DNA from: Octopus vulgaris
Taxonomy: Eukaryota
Length of the DNA stretch: 64,000 nt
Assembly (NCBI GenBank): GCA_951406725.2
Contig: OX597825.1
Span: 57,722,001 to 57,786,000, forward strand
Direction of reading: 5' to 3'
The position numbers were made by a program, and so were the translations under genes. Below, piece by piece: positions 38,121-52,199 of this stretch; positions within the stretch are counted from its first letter, which is position 1, and every line of letters begins with the position of its first letter. The notes under the pieces were generated by a model. It saw nothing but the letters and a program-made list of their open reading frames with translations. It made no database searches and was not told the DNA's origin.

Positions 38121-39170
38121 CGGGTGGTGTTCATTAAAGATTTCCTCTGACCCTCTTCCCAAGAACTAGGATTAACGAAACTTGGCATAATTATTAGTCC
38201 TTCTGTACATAGCCACCACCAATGGTGACGCACTTCTCGCATCGCTTTATGCAGTTGTGAAGATCTTGTCTGTAGAAGACGGTAGGTTGCGTCTGGGGCC
38301 AAGACATTACCTCGGAAATAAATTCATCATCATCTGAAAAGTTCTTCCCCTTCGAAAAAGACTTTATGGTTGGAAAGAAGTAAGTCATATGGAGTCAGGT
38401 CGGGAGAGCAAGTGGGATGGGGGAAAATTCCATAGTTGCAGAAGTGTGCTTTCATCTGAGCAACATGCGAATTGTGAACTGGGGCGTTGTCTTGGTCAGC
38501 ATGCCACACCTGTCTGCTTTGATGGCATCGCGCAATTTCTGCAGTAGAGAAGCATAATATGTCCCGTTAATTGTGGTGCGCTTTGCCAGAAAATCCATCA
38601 TCACTACTACGTAATGGTCCCAAAAGACTGTGAGCATCACCTTGCCTGCCGAGGGTTGGACACGAGCCTTGTTTGAAGGTGGTGAGTTATCATATTTCCA
38701 TTGCTTCGACTGGACTTTAGTATCAGGATCATAGTGATGGACCTATGTTTCATCCTGTGTGATAAGTCTGCCGAAAGTCACCCTCGTTTTCTTGGTATAT
38801 TGCCAAAAGATCTAGGGAGCAATTGACTCGTTCCTGCTTCTAAAAAGGCGTGAGCATGTGGGGAATGCAGACAACTTCTGGTTGTCCAGAAATAGGAATA
38901 GTTTTCACTGATATCCGACTACATTTGAACTGGCGATGCCAGTGCTTGACTGCATCGTATGATGGTGCATCGTCACCATAGACATCTTTCACCTCATCGA
39001 AAGTCTCTTTTGGTGTAAAACCTTCAAGTATAAGAACCTAATCACTGATCTGCTTTCAACGACCTCCATTATAACACCTTAGTCCACTTCAGCAGATGTA
39101 AAAGACAAAGGAATACTAGTGGGAAGCTGAAATTTACAATATGACATGTAGAGACATTAGCATGACAAAT
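38121..39170 (-). mobile_element. Mariner relic
   Basis: ITQDET*VHHYDP...SAGKVMLTVFWD...TINGTYYASLLQKLRDAIK and RQDLHNCIKRCEKCVTIGGGYV. Confidence 0.88.
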
Positions 39171-39499
39171 ACAATACTCTATTGTAGGCCTACTATATAT
39201 TTGCTACATCACTGATTATGCAGTTCACTGGTTCGATTAACCAATTGATATTCGCATCCGTAAAAAATGGTAGCCATGAACCAGTGTTAGAACTAATTAT
39301 AATTATGCTTCAATCCAAAGAAAGCTAAAGCGACACCTCTCACTTTACTTTCTCAGCCCATATCTTTCCAAGTTTGAATTTACTGTTCGTTCTTTTTGAG
39401 AAATGATGAAATATGTTCTACTCAACTGCAGAGATTGAACCAATCAATTAGATACTGTTTCTTTTATAAATGATCAATTTTGTAGAACTGTTAGATACA

Positions 39500-39890
39500 A
39501 TTTTAATTTAATAACGAACAATAAGCGAGTATTAAAAAAAAAACGCACCAAATACTAAGATGGAGTACTTTTAATTCCAAGGCAATGCCCCAGCGAGACT
39601 TAAAACCTGTTGCTAAGTAGATACAATAAAAAATTCGCAGACAAATGAAACGATAAAAAATTTAAGATTCCATTCTAGTTCATGGAGAATCAAGGAAATA
39701 GTGAGGATTATTTGATGTGTCCTTGTCTAAGAAACTTTCAGGAAAGTATCGGACATAATTTCACAAGAGATGTTTCCTGTGTCACTAATTTATAGTCGAT
39801 ACTTTTTACAGCTTTAATATCGTGTCTTTGACCCGGTCAGCATTGCTGTGGTTTTGTGGTTTCTGGTTGTATTTAACAGATAAATATGTG
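39500..39890 (-). pseudogene. Locally duplicated segment, TIR-like relic, copy B
   Basis: 39634-39782 is 143/149 identical to 42266-42414. Minus peptide KYNQKPQNHSNADRVKDTILKL. Confidence 0.3.
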
Positions 39891-39944
39891 AGTGTATGTG
39901 AGTGGACATGTTGTAAATATATATATATATATACATAAATACTC

Positions 39945-39981
<37 letters not shown>

Positions 39982-40016
39982 CATATAAACACATACACGC
40001 ACATACACATATATAG

Positions 40017-40252
40017 TATTTCTTCACTGCCCACAAGGGGCTACACACAGAGGGGACAAACAAGGACAGACAAACGTATTAAGTCGATTATATCGACCCC
40101 AGTGGTGTGTAACTGGTACTTATTTAATCGACCCCGAAAGGATGAAAGGCAAAGTCGACCTCGGCGGGATTTGAACTCAGAACATAGCGGCAGACGAGAT
40201 ACCGCTAAGCATTTCACCCGGCGTGCTAATGCTTCTGCCAGCTCGCCGCCTT
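40017..40252 (-). mobile_element. Family A SINE
   Basis: Near-complete copy ending GCCAGCTCGCCGCC. Confidence 0.88.
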
Positions 40253-40262
40253 ACATAAACAC

Positions 40263-40295
<33 letters not shown>

Positions 40296-40321
40296 TGTAT
40301 GTATGTATGTATGTATCTATG

Positions 40322-40422
<101 letters not shown>

Positions 40423-41539
40423 TAGGCATGGTCTGCAATCATTACTGCGATGAAAATAGTAATAAGGATTGCATCTGTGAGGTAACCCTGGACGTTCTGC
40501 TGAGGTTAACAGAAACAACGTGTGAAAATTTCCTTTTAGTACCACATTCCCAAGATTATATGCAGCCGCAGTGATCAAGAGGTTGACGATCGCCGATGAC
40601 CTCTTGTCAAGTCAATACCTCAGCCAACGTGGGAATAAAAAATAGTAATACAAATAGATTGGTGGACAATCCTCTACATTTTTCGTTCCCTGTTTCATCG
40701 TCATATTCATCATATTCATCATGATGATGTGATATTTGTCATTTCACGTTAAACTTAGAGTAAATGACCTTTTACTATAATTTAACCTAAGAATCTCACC
40801 GGACTCTCGAATCTTTTGATTATATCTTATTTTAAATTCGGATTGGTTTTATTTTCTTTTGGTTTCTATAATGCAAGGCAGGTGCTACGCATGAGACAAA
40901 CAAGGCAATCACTTAAGGTACCAGAAAAAGGATGTAAAATAAGTAACAAATATATTCTAAATCTTAACCATAGTATCTGTAAATGAAGAATCGTTGTAGT
41001 GGTTCGAATGATGTTTTAGAAGAATAATTGAATCATAACATCTGATTTACTGACACAATACTGTACTCTATGAATTTTTATGAGGCTTCTGTTTATGTCT
41101 GAATACAGCAAACAGTCATAATTGGGACAAGAAGCCGCTCATTGTAGTACAGGCCTCCGGTGATCAATACTGTGACACTGGACTTGCTGCAATGTCGGGC
41201 AGTGCACTGAAGTTTTTCATCATTAGCTTTCATGCGATATTGTCCGGAATTCTTTCGTTGGATGCTTAATCCCAATTAAGCAAATGTTCCAAATGTTTGC
41301 ATTGATTATTGGCAGCTGTTTGTTCTTGCATAATTTGTTTTTTTAGCGTTTTTAGATTTGAAGGTCGTTGGATCTACAAAACTAGGATCATAATTTACTT
41401 TAGTTGAAGAAACCTTGTGTTATACATATGACTCGTTTCCTGGATCTCTAGTGCATTGTCTGGCCTGCCAATAACTACTTCTTGCATATGTTTGTTAATG
41501 AAGTTCAGCTTTATATGGGTAAATGTAAAGAGCACACAC

Positions 41540-41575
<36 letters not shown>

Positions 41576-41713
41576 ACACACACACATACAATCACACGCA
41601 CACACACAATCACACGTACTCATGCACGCACATGCACATATTTGTTTGTGTCTATCTATCTATCTATACACACATACATATATGTATATACATATATATA
41701 TACATATATACCT

Positions 41714-41816
<103 letters not shown>

Positions 41817-41938
41817 ATAATTGAAAACAAACAGTAAAAGGGTATCATTATAGTACTCGGAATTTCGAAACTCCGAGTATAACATATATAAATAATCCTC
41901 TATTTATCTGATATCGTGGTCTCATTCTTTCGTTGTTA

Positions 41939-41995
<57 letters not shown>

Positions 41996-42265
41996 GCTTG
42001 TATGTACGTAATTAATGTGTGAGACAGAATGCCTCAACTCTACTGTGATTCACAATGTTGAGACGGCAACAGTGACCAAGAGGTTGATGATCACAAGTGA
42101 CTTCCTGGGAAGTCAATACCTCAGCAAACGTGGGAATAAAACAGTAATAAAAATAGATCGCTGGACAATCCTTAGATTATAAGGTTGTCCCTTTTTCTTA
42201 GTCGTTTTTATTATGATGTGGTCTTCCTCTTTTCACGCTAAACTTTGAATCGTTACTATAAAAGA

Positions 42266-42414
42266 TTCGCAGTCAAATGAAGCGATAAAATATTTAAAAT
42301 TCCATTCTAGTTCATGGAGAATCAAGGAAATAATGAGGATTATTTGATGTGTCCTTGTCTCAGAAACTTTCAGGAAAGTATCGGACATAATTTCACAAGA
42401 GATGTTTCCTGTGT
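42266..42414. repeat. Local duplication of 39634-39782
   Basis: 6 mismatches in 149 nt. Confidence 0.92.
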
Positions 42415-42562
42415 TACAGCAGGACACTTTCATAAGTTATTAATAATTGCTTTGAGAAATGCCCTTATACTGTGTTAAAGTATCAACCCAAGGAAACGAA
42501 TGTTGGTATTGTCTAAATAAAAATCAACATCAGGTTTCAATTCGTTGCTTTGTCTTTATCTA

Positions 42563-43837
42563 TTGGGTTGGCAATTAGTTCCCGCTGTTTTTTTTTTTAA
42601 TTTTGGAATTTATTGCGTTTTTAAATTTTGGAATCTATTTTTTTTTTTCGAGAATTCTATTTTTGAATCATTTTGGAATCTATTATGTTTTTTTTTTCTA
42701 GTTAACTTTAGTTAATTTTTGTTTCAGATCATGAAAATGAAATGTCAAGTTAAGAAAAACGAGCATTTTCGACACTTCCTTTTTGCTTTTAATCAAGGTT
42801 CTAAGGCCGCAAAAGCTTCTCGCGACATTTGTGCTGTGTATGGAGAGGGTGCCATAGCTGAAAGAACCGCTCGTGATTGGTATGCCAAGTTCAAAAATGG
42901 AAATTTTGACCTCAAAGACGCACCTCGTTCTGGCCGTCCAGTTGAGTTCGATGAAAAGCGATTAAACCAACTTTTGCACGAAAATTCTCGTCAAACGACA
43001 AGGGAACTGGCAGAGAAAATGGAATGCTCCCACACTGCTACAGAGAAGCATCTTCACTCGATGGGAAAAGTTCAGATGTATGGAGCATGCTTTAAGTGAC
43101 AACAACAAAAATCAACGAGCCACAGTCTCCGCTGGTTTGCTTGCTCGTCACCGCTCAACTCATGGACACAAGCAACGATTTCTTTACCGAATCGTTTCTG
43201 GCGATGAAAAATGGTGCCTGTACATCAATATGAAGCAGCGTAAAGAATGGCTTAGCCCCGGTAAACAAGCGACACCGCGCGTAAAACAAGATCTTCATCC
43301 GCGTAAAATGATGTTGTGCATATGGTGGGACTGGGAAGGAATTATCCATTACGAATTGCTTGAAAGAAACCAAACGGTCAACGGGGAACTCTATGTTCAA
43401 GAGATGAACGACTCAACACGGCTATTCAAGAGAAAAGACCTAATCGGTAGCATGGAGTCTGCAGCGTGACAATGCCCGCCTTCATCGCCAATATGACCAA
43501 GGAAGCCATTCAAACGCATGGCTGGGAAATGCTGCACACCCGCCATACTCTCTTGATTTGGCACCAGCGGATTTCTACCTCTTTCGATCTCTTTAAAATG
43601 CTATGCGCGGAGTTCCGTTCAATACTGATGCAGAATTGAGAGCTTGGTTGGATCAATTTTTCGAGTCGAAATCGGGTGATTTCCACCAACGAGGTATTGA
43701 AAATCTTATTGAATATTGGGAAGAAGTTGTAAACAACAAGGGTTAATACATTATTGATTAATTTGTTGTTATTTTTTATTAAACCTTAAAAAATTTTTTA
43801 ATTAAAATAAACGGCAGGAACTTAGTTGCCAACCCAA
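42563..43837 (+). mobile_element. Full-length (1275 bp) mariner, mellifera-like subfamily, inactivated
   Basis: TIRs TTGGGTTGGCAATTAGTTCC and GGAACTTAGTTGCCAACCCAA with TA TSD. Transposase from 42731 has an HTH, GDEKW, DNAR and YSLDLAPADF (D,D34D type), with frameshifts and stops. Confidence 0.93.
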
Positions 43838-44361
43838 TATTAGGCTTTGCCATGTGTGTCTTTTTTACATTGTATCTTTACACCCTGTCTTTATACTATT
43901 CCCACACTGCTTTCACAGTCTGTATTGTCTCTTAACACTATCATTACAATGCGTCTCTATACGGTTTCACCCTGCCTTCAGGTTTGTTTCAGCTGTTATC
44001 TTAAGATTATCGCTCCTCTGTGTGTGTGCGTGCTTCTACAGTATTTTCCACAATGATTTACCTCTCCTTTTTTCCACAGTGTCCTTCCACAATATCTCAA
44101 CAGTCCTTCAAGTGTGTTTTTATAAAATACCTTTCTATTTTTCTACCCTCTTTCGCAGTATCATTGTACAATATTTTCTCACTTTTTTAATTACATATTT
44201 TCCAGGAAGCTTCTGTCTAGTTATCATTGCTTTTGTGTTTGTTTAGCTAAGTTATACAATAACAAGAAATTTCTTTTAAAAATTCCAATAAAGCCCCTAT
44301 TTCAGAAAGTTCTAGAACATCCACCATGAAAACAGAATAATCTTGTAATAATTAGTCTTAA

Positions 44362-45096
44362 TCCTTTCTATTAGAGGCACAAGGCCTGAAATTTGAGTGG
44401 CGGGAGTAAGACGAAAACATCGGCCCAGTGTGTAGCTGTAACTTAATTTATCGAACCCGAAAGGATGAAAGGCAAAGTGGACTTCGGCGATATTTTAATT
44501 CAGAACGTAGCGACAAGCGAAATACCATTAAGCATCTCGTTCAGCGTGCAAATGATTCTGCTAGGTCACCTTATAAATAGTTTTAATAATCCTTTCTACT
44601 ATAGGCACAAGGGCTGAAATTTGTGATGAGGTTTACCATTGGTTTACCATTAAAACGACCCCAGTGTTTTACTGGTGCTTAATTAATCGACCCCGAAAAG
44701 ATGAAAAGTAAAGTCGACCTCGGCAGAATTTCAACTCAGAACGTAGCGATGGGCGAAATACCTGTTTCTTTATTACACACAAGGGGCTAAACATAGAAGG
44801 GACAAACAAAGACAAAGATTCCACAGAGGAATTTGAACTTAGAACGTAGCGGTAGACGAAATACCTGCTTCTTTAGTACCCACAAGGGGCTAAACACAGA
44901 GGACAAACAAGGACAGACAATCGGATTAAGTCGATCATATCGACCCCAGTGCGTAACTGGTACTTATTTAATCGACCCCGAAAGGATGAAAGGCAAAGTC
45001 AACCTCGGCGGAATTTGAACTCAGAACATAGCGGCAGACGAAATACCTCTAAGCATTTCGCCCGGCGTGCTAACGTTTCTGCCAGTTCGCCGCCTT
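44362..45096 (-). mobile_element. Tandem/multimeric family A SINE cluster
   Basis: At least three core repeats plus GGGGCTAAACA spacers. Confidence 0.85.
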
Positions 45097-46361
45097 ATAA
45101 TTTAGTCTTAATAATAACAAAGAAACACACTAGAAATTCTTCTGATCACACCAGCTAAAATTGTCCACTTTTAAAACATTCATATACCACCGTAAGTCTT
45201 TGAAATTTCAAAATATTTTGTTTTCGTTTCGTTCTGGCAATGTCTCTAAGTGCAGTTTTGTTGTTAATTTTTTTTATTGTTTTGTACTAGTTTATATCCC
45301 TGATCGAGTAGATATATGGTTAAAAAAACAATTACATCTATGATTTCGTTTATATTAAGGCGTGTAGGAATGTTTCCGTTCTTTATTAAACCGGTTGGGG
45401 TGTGATATTGAAGAGTGTTTGGCTAATGTTTCTAGGAGTTCACGCGACCACTTAAACAATCCTTCACTATCCTCAGTGCACTGAATTATGCAGCGATGAT
45501 GGATTGTTACCCTCACATCACCAGTAACTGAGTACAATACAGCGATCTTTCAATAAATTCTTTGTTGTCCTTCAAACCGGAAACATGAGACTAGACTCAG
45601 GAAGTGCGTTAAATAACAATAACAGAGTACAATTACAGTGGCAACAACAATATCAACAACAATAAGAATATCATTATCATCATCATGAACACCAGCAACA
45701 AGGACGTCAACAATAAAAACAAGAAAGCAGCGAATTGGAGCATTGGATAGAATGTCTTGCAATATTTGCTCCGACTCACGGAGTTCTGTCTTCAAATCCG
45801 GGGTCAATTTTGCCTTTCATCATTTCGAGGTTGATAAAATAAAAGTACCAATCGAGGGCTGTGGATTAACGGCATTGTAAGAATGTCGATCTGGATGCCT
45901 TGCGGTATTTGTTCTGGCTGTTTGCATCCCGAGTTCAAATCCTACCATTGCCTGCTTAGTTGGTAGACTTGAACCACCAGCTTGTTTAAAGCAACCACCA
46001 AGTGTCTCTAATGGAACTCACTTTGTTCGAAGCTTTTGAACAAAGTCTCTGATCTGAAGATTCCTTCCTCTCTCTCACAAGTTTCGAAGATCTTGTAAAG
46101 GATCATGGGGACTATTTCCCGTCTGGATCAAATTTTAGTAAATAGCTTCTTCATCATCACCATCAAAAACAATACAGCACAGTGCAATACCAACAACATC
46201 AACAGCAAGACGAAATTCTCAATGCACGTTAAGGAAAAGTCTATTTCAATGGGAAGTCTATCGAAACAAATTCAGCACTGTAATTTAACAAAAGTCCTGT
46301 TTTAATTAGAACCAGAATCTCAGCCCCATAAAATTTATTAACAGATAAATTTTACTAAAGT

Positions 46362-46748
46362 GGATGAAAGCACTCCGTCGGTTACGACGACGAGGGTTCC
46401 GGTTGATCCGATCAACGGAACAGCCTGCTCGTGAAATTAACGTGTAAGTGGCTGAGCACTCCACAGACACGTGTACCATTAACGTAGTTCTCGGGGACAT
46501 TCAGCGTGACACAGAGAGTGACAAGGCCGGCCCTTTGAAATACAGGTACAACAGAAACTGGAAGTAAGGGTGAGAGAAAGTTGTGGTGAAAGAGTACAGC
46601 AGGGATCACCACCATCCCTACCGGAGCCTCGTGGAGCTTTTAGGTGTTTTCGCTCAATAAACATTCACAACGCCCGGTCTGGGAATCGAAACCGCGATCC
46701 TACGACCGCGAGTCCGCTGCCCTAACCACTGGGCCAATGCGCCTCCAC
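46362..46748 (-). mobile_element. Full-length young tRNA(Arg)-like SINE with 11-bp TSD
   Basis: Head GTGGAGGCGCATTGGCCCAGTGGTTAGGGC..GGTTTCGATTCCC; TSD TTTACTAAAGT at 46351-46361 and 46749-46759; many intact CpGs. Confidence 0.88.
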
Positions 46749-47572
46749 TTTACTAAAGTAAGTTAGCTATAATTGACTTCTGTTTATTTAACATAACAAG
46801 GAAGAGAAGTGAATAAACAATTGTTGAAAGTTTTACTTCACTAAGGGAGGAATATTGTTATTTGTTTAGTTTTCTCCCGCTCATATTGCTTTGACCTACC
46901 TATTATGGTGACAGTGGAGTTGAAATCTTTAACATTTGGTCGCCAAGTATTTCTTTGTAGAAGGATTTATATGATTAAAGATAATGCAATGTATAGAACA
47001 TTTTGTGTAAGAAAATTCATGACAATTGAAATCAAAACATTAACATTACAACTGAAAAAGAGTCTAAATGTTATGATTAACTTTAAAGAATATAGATAGA
47101 ATACACAGAAGACAGAATTTAAGATATTCACTTGCTCTTTATTCACACAGCAACGAAACGACAATAGAACGACGTAGGACGAGAAATAATATCAAGTCTA
47201 AGGAAGTCGAGAAGGCAGTAGCGACCAGAATGCAAGAAAAAGAAGGAGACTTGGCGGGAGAAGTAAAGATCCTGGGGTTGTAGAGAGAAAGGTAAGTGCA
47301 AAATTTCAAGAAGATGGCATGGATGATTTTTGAGCAGTCCATAAGAATAAATAACAATATCATCTCTGAACTGGAGATCAAAATACTAGTCGTAAACATG
47401 GGCCGCGGAGATGGCATGGAACAAGAAGCTCAGAATCCTGCAAAAGGTAATTCCACTGCATCCTAACGAAACCAAGGAACTTAAGAAAATAAGCTCGCGA
47501 TGTCTTATTTTCTCCATCGAAAACAAGAAAAACAGTAATAAAACTGCACTATTTTTTTGTTTCTAAACGTGC

Positions 47573-47806
<234 letters not shown>

Positions 47807-49149
47807 AAAGAGTTGTAAACAGAAAGTACAAATCGACACTTCTTAAACAAGGCAAAGGGGTCAGATGTTTTCTTAAATTAAATATGGACATCATCAGAAT
47901 GGATGGATTCGTGGGAAAAAAAAGCACAGAAGAAAATGCAATCTTCGTGAAAACAAAGTACAAAGTATTTTTTATAAACCTAAACAGAACATGAGGCAGA
48001 AGAGCTGGTCATCAGACATACGGATGTGTGGAAGAATTATAGAAATAACAGTGATTATTTTAACACGAAAGTTAAGATCATAATTTAACAATTATTCCCT
48101 ATATCAGAAAAGTATCAACTACCAAAATATTAATTTCAAGTTTTGGCACAAGGCCAAAAATTTCAGTGGGTAGGGTAAGTCGATTACATCGACTCCATTA
48201 CTCAACTGGTACTTCTTTTTATTGCCCCGAAAGGATGAAAAGAAAGTCACCCAATGCAGAATTTGAACTCAGAACGGACGAAACAATGTGATGCATTTCG
48301 CCCGGTAGGACAATGTTTCTTCCAGTTCGCTGCCTTGCGGCTACCAAATCATTGATCAATATTAAAGTCGGATTAAAAAAAACCTTCGAATATAATATAT
48401 GTATCGGAGGCTTATCTCAGCCCTGGGAAAGGTGTGGGTATTGAATGGCTATGAATTGGCTAGGAATTTGAAGAATGTTGAAGGTGTGATTGTCTAAGTA
48501 AATAACGGCTTCAATGATAAGATGATAGAAAAATGACAACAGTAGATGATTACATGTTTCAATATATTACAACAGAAATCTGTACAGAAAAACGTAATTG
48601 TGAGCTAGAAATAATGGAATAATTAAGGATTTTATGTTGGAAAAGTATTGAGAAAAAACCTTAAAAGGTCTGTTTATTTGGGAAATTTCAGTATAGACTT
48701 TTCAAATTCATTCAAATAAATATAATAAATGATAAGTATTTTAACTATGTAATGTATATATAACATGGTTTTATTTTCAAAGATCTCTTGACTCAACAGA
48801 ATAACATTACATTGATCTACTATCGTAGATAATATATTCACGAACAGTATGAATCACAATAGAGTGAGTGGGCTGTTATTGAATGTCGACAGTGAGCTGT
48901 TGCTGATTTGCGTGGTTCATAACTGTAACTAAAGGAAGGTAAAGGTTGCCAATAATTCTAAATTTAAAAGAATTAGAACAAAAGAATACATGATTGCTTT
49001 CCAAAGATGAAATACAACCAGAAAATTAGAAAATAATACATAAAGAAGGATATTGGCAAAGTAAGCCTAAAATTATTTAAATTGCTGCACAAGAAAAAAT
49101 ATCCAAATCGAAAACAGAAATATACTGTGAGTTCAAAGGGATAATAAAA

Positions 49150-49380
49150 GTCTTTTATTCTTTCATACGTTTCAGTCATTTGACTGTGGCTGAAACATCA
49201 ACTTAAAGGGTTTTAGACGAAGAAATCGACACCAGGACTTATTCTTTGTAAGCCTAGTACTTATTCTATCGGTTTCGTAGGCCGAACTGCTAAGTTACGA
49301 GTGCATAAACACACCAACATCGGTTGTCAAGCAATCGTGGGGAAACAAATACAGACACAAAGACACACACCATACATACA

Positions 49381-49412
<32 letters not shown>

Positions 49413-49419
49413 CATACAG

Positions 49420-49462
<43 letters not shown>

Positions 49463-50340
49463 ACGCCTCCGTCGTTTTTTTCTTCGCCTCTTCCACATCT
49501 GCAAATTCCGTAACACCAGCTTTCGTCACCAGTGATGACCTTCGAGAAAGGTCCAGATAAACTTCCAACTGTTCTTTCTATTCACGACACGCATTCAGTC
49601 GTGACTATTTTTGGCCTTCCGTGAGCAAGTGAGGCACAATTTTTTCTGCAACTCTTTTCATTCGTAATTCCTCGCTAAAAACTCGTTGGCAGTCATATCA
49701 ACAGGTTTGTCAATTGTTCGGTGACGGTTCTCCAACATCAGTTCGTGAATTTTCGTGATGTTTTCATTTGTTCGGGAGGTCCTGAACGAGGTTGGACTTC
49801 AAGGGACAAGTGCCCATTGCTAAGGCATGGAAACCACTCGTAAACCTGTATTTTGCTCTTGGCAGCGTCCTTGCAAGCTATTTCAAGCATTGCAACTGTT
49901 TCGGCCGCAGTTTTCCCCAGCATAAAACAGAATTTCACGGAAGCACGCTGTTCCTTCCTTTCAGTTATCGCAAAGATCGACGGAGAGGGGAGGAGGGAGA
50001 AGCACTGCAAAACAAAGACGCACCAGGTGGCAATACTACTTAATCTGAAGACGCTGGTCAGTAGACTGACCTCTGAGGGTCGCATCAAATAGCTTCTAGC
50101 GGAGGAAACCTGAACTACAACGGATTTGTCCCATAGACAACGTTTTCAGTTACTTTTGGGTACCCTCTCGTATATATATGACAAACTTCTCTCAGCTTCC
50201 GTATACTAAGTCCACTCAGAAGGCTTTGGTCGACCTGAGGCTATAGTAGAAGACACTTGTCCAAGGTGTCACGAAGTGAAGATGAACCCGGAACCATGTG
50301 ACTGGGAAGAAAGGTTTTTAACACACAGCCACGCCTGTAC
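49150..50340 (-). mobile_element. Family B CORE-SINE with a nested mariner relic (49461-50170)
   Basis: SINE tail at 49150-49370 and head at 50175-50340. The insert encodes EQRASVKFCFMLGKTAAET..QVYEWF..PRSGPP (mariner HTH) and ends GGGTACCCTCTCG-TA. Confidence 0.82.
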
Positions 50341-50394
50341 TTATAAAATGCTCACAATAAATAAATAGATAAATAAATAAAACCTACTCTGATA

Positions 50395-50933
50395 GGCACG
50401 GGAGAATAGCTGTGTGATTAAAAAGTTTGTTTTGCAACCTCGTGACTTCGGTCCCTGGTCCATTATAGACCCGGGCTAACCAAATCATTATGAGTAAATT
50501 TAAGAGAAGGAAACTGTGTGGAAGCTCGTTGTATATATATATATATGTGTGTGTGTTTGTGTGTGTCTGTGTGTGTCTGTGTGTGTGCACCCGTGTGTGT
50601 GTGGGTGTGTGCACTCGTGTGTGTGTGTTCATACCCACCACCACCACTACATGTTGACTTGTCCTCGTCCTTGAATTTAAGTGTTCATATAAAAGGATGC
50701 GATAGGATACGTGCCAGGCTTAAGTACTGGAGTCAGTTCGTTCGAACAAAGCAATTCAAGGCGGGGGCCCAGTATGGCCCGCAGTCCAGTGACTACATCC
50801 CAACTACAAGGTTCCGGATTCAGTCCCACTGCGTGAAACCTTGGGCAAGTGTCTTCTACTATAGCTTTGCGCCAACCAAAGCCTTGTGAGTGGAATTGGT
50901 AGACGGAAACTGAAAGAATCCCGTCGTATAAAT

Positions 50934-50983
<50 letters not shown>

Positions 50984-51225
50984 TTGTGTGTATGTGTGTC
51001 TGTGAGAGTGTGTGTCTTTGTGTCTGTGTTTGTCCTCATCACAGCTTGACAAACGGTGTTGGTGTGCTTACATCACAGTAACTTAGCGGTTCGGCAAAAG
51101 ACACCGATAGAATATGTACTAGGCTTAAAAGAAAAATCCAGGGGTCGATTTCTTCGGTTAACCCCTTCAAGGCGGTGCTCCAACATGGACACAGTTAAAT
51201 GACTGAAAGAAATAAAAGAATATAA
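50395..51225 (+). mobile_element. Two tandem family B CORE-SINEs (older 50395-50790, younger 50800-51225)
   Basis: AAACCTTGGGCAAGTGTCTTCTACTATAG core and AAGGCGGTGCTCC tail. Confidence 0.8.
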
Positions 51226-52199
51226 AAAATTCATGAAGTATTGAATTGCTGAGAAAGAAAGAAAATATTTTTTTAAATATGTGAACTAATATGACGGTAC
51301 ACTAGAAAGAAAATAGTAGAAATAGAAAAAAAACCATTAAAGATAGATGGGGTTTGTTAAACAGTATTTTACGAGTTTTCTTTTGGGGTTCTTCGATAAA
51401 CTAAAGTGGCTCGTGTAGTTTTAATCTATTACGTTATTTTTAGCATTGAGTTCAGTTTTTAGCCTTAGTCTGTCTCTATAGTAGTACTCCTTTCTAATTT
51501 TCATTTACATTTCTGTGCTGCGCCCCCGACCCTTGTCATTTCAACTTCTGGTTTACTTTTATTGGCTTCGTTGAAGAAAGAAAACAGTTTTTTGCCTTGT
51601 TCGTATTTTTGTAGACATTTGTATTAGTTTTCCACAAGTATTTACTAGATATTTTAGCCGTTCTACTTCATAATATTTTTCTACTTGCAGAAGGCGCCTA
51701 TATGACCTGAGTGAAATTTTGGGTGGTGAATTTTAAATTAGTCTTTGCTTTGCTTATTCTTTATTCCTAATTTTGGTATTTCATTCAACTATAATTTGTA
51801 ACCAACTTGTTAATTTGGTATTCCATTCAACTGTAATATGTCATAGTTATAATTTCATTCAATTATAACTATATCATACTATTGTGACAGCCAGTGTAAT
51901 GATGTCCGTTGCCTATTTTTGCATTTGCTTGTTTTAAGTATAAATTTCATGCGTATATATTATTTCTTCTTGAAATTTTTCTTTCATTTGTGTGTTGCAC
52001 CGAGACAGTGGATTGCAAGAATCGTCAGAGCGTTGGAGAAATGGTTTTGTGCCATTCTGGGTCTTTATATTTTAAGTTCTTATGCCACTGAAGCCAACTT
52101 TGCAGGTTGATAAAAAAAAGTACCAGTCAAAGAGCCGGGATCAATGATATCGACTAATCCCTTCCCCACCCCCACCAAAAATTGCTGGTCTTGTGCTTA

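Noticed and set aside
39682-39796. Short + strand peptide family MENQGNSEDYLMCPCLRNFQ in the triplicated block
   Set aside because: Between divergent copies most changes in this frame are non-synonymous, about the neutral expectation, and one copy lacks the in-frame ATG.
43854-44246. 130-aa ORF with LRR-like spacing (FPHCFHSLYCLLTLSL)
   Set aside because: The DNA is pyrimidine-rich and low-complexity with recurring ACAGT/CCAC words and is on the opposite strand to nearby relics, so it cannot be separated from chance.
46676-46748. tRNA-like sequence (also the heads of other SINEs)
   Set aside because: A and B boxes are present, but the acceptor stem does not pair and the sequence continues into a multi-copy SINE body bounded by a TSD.
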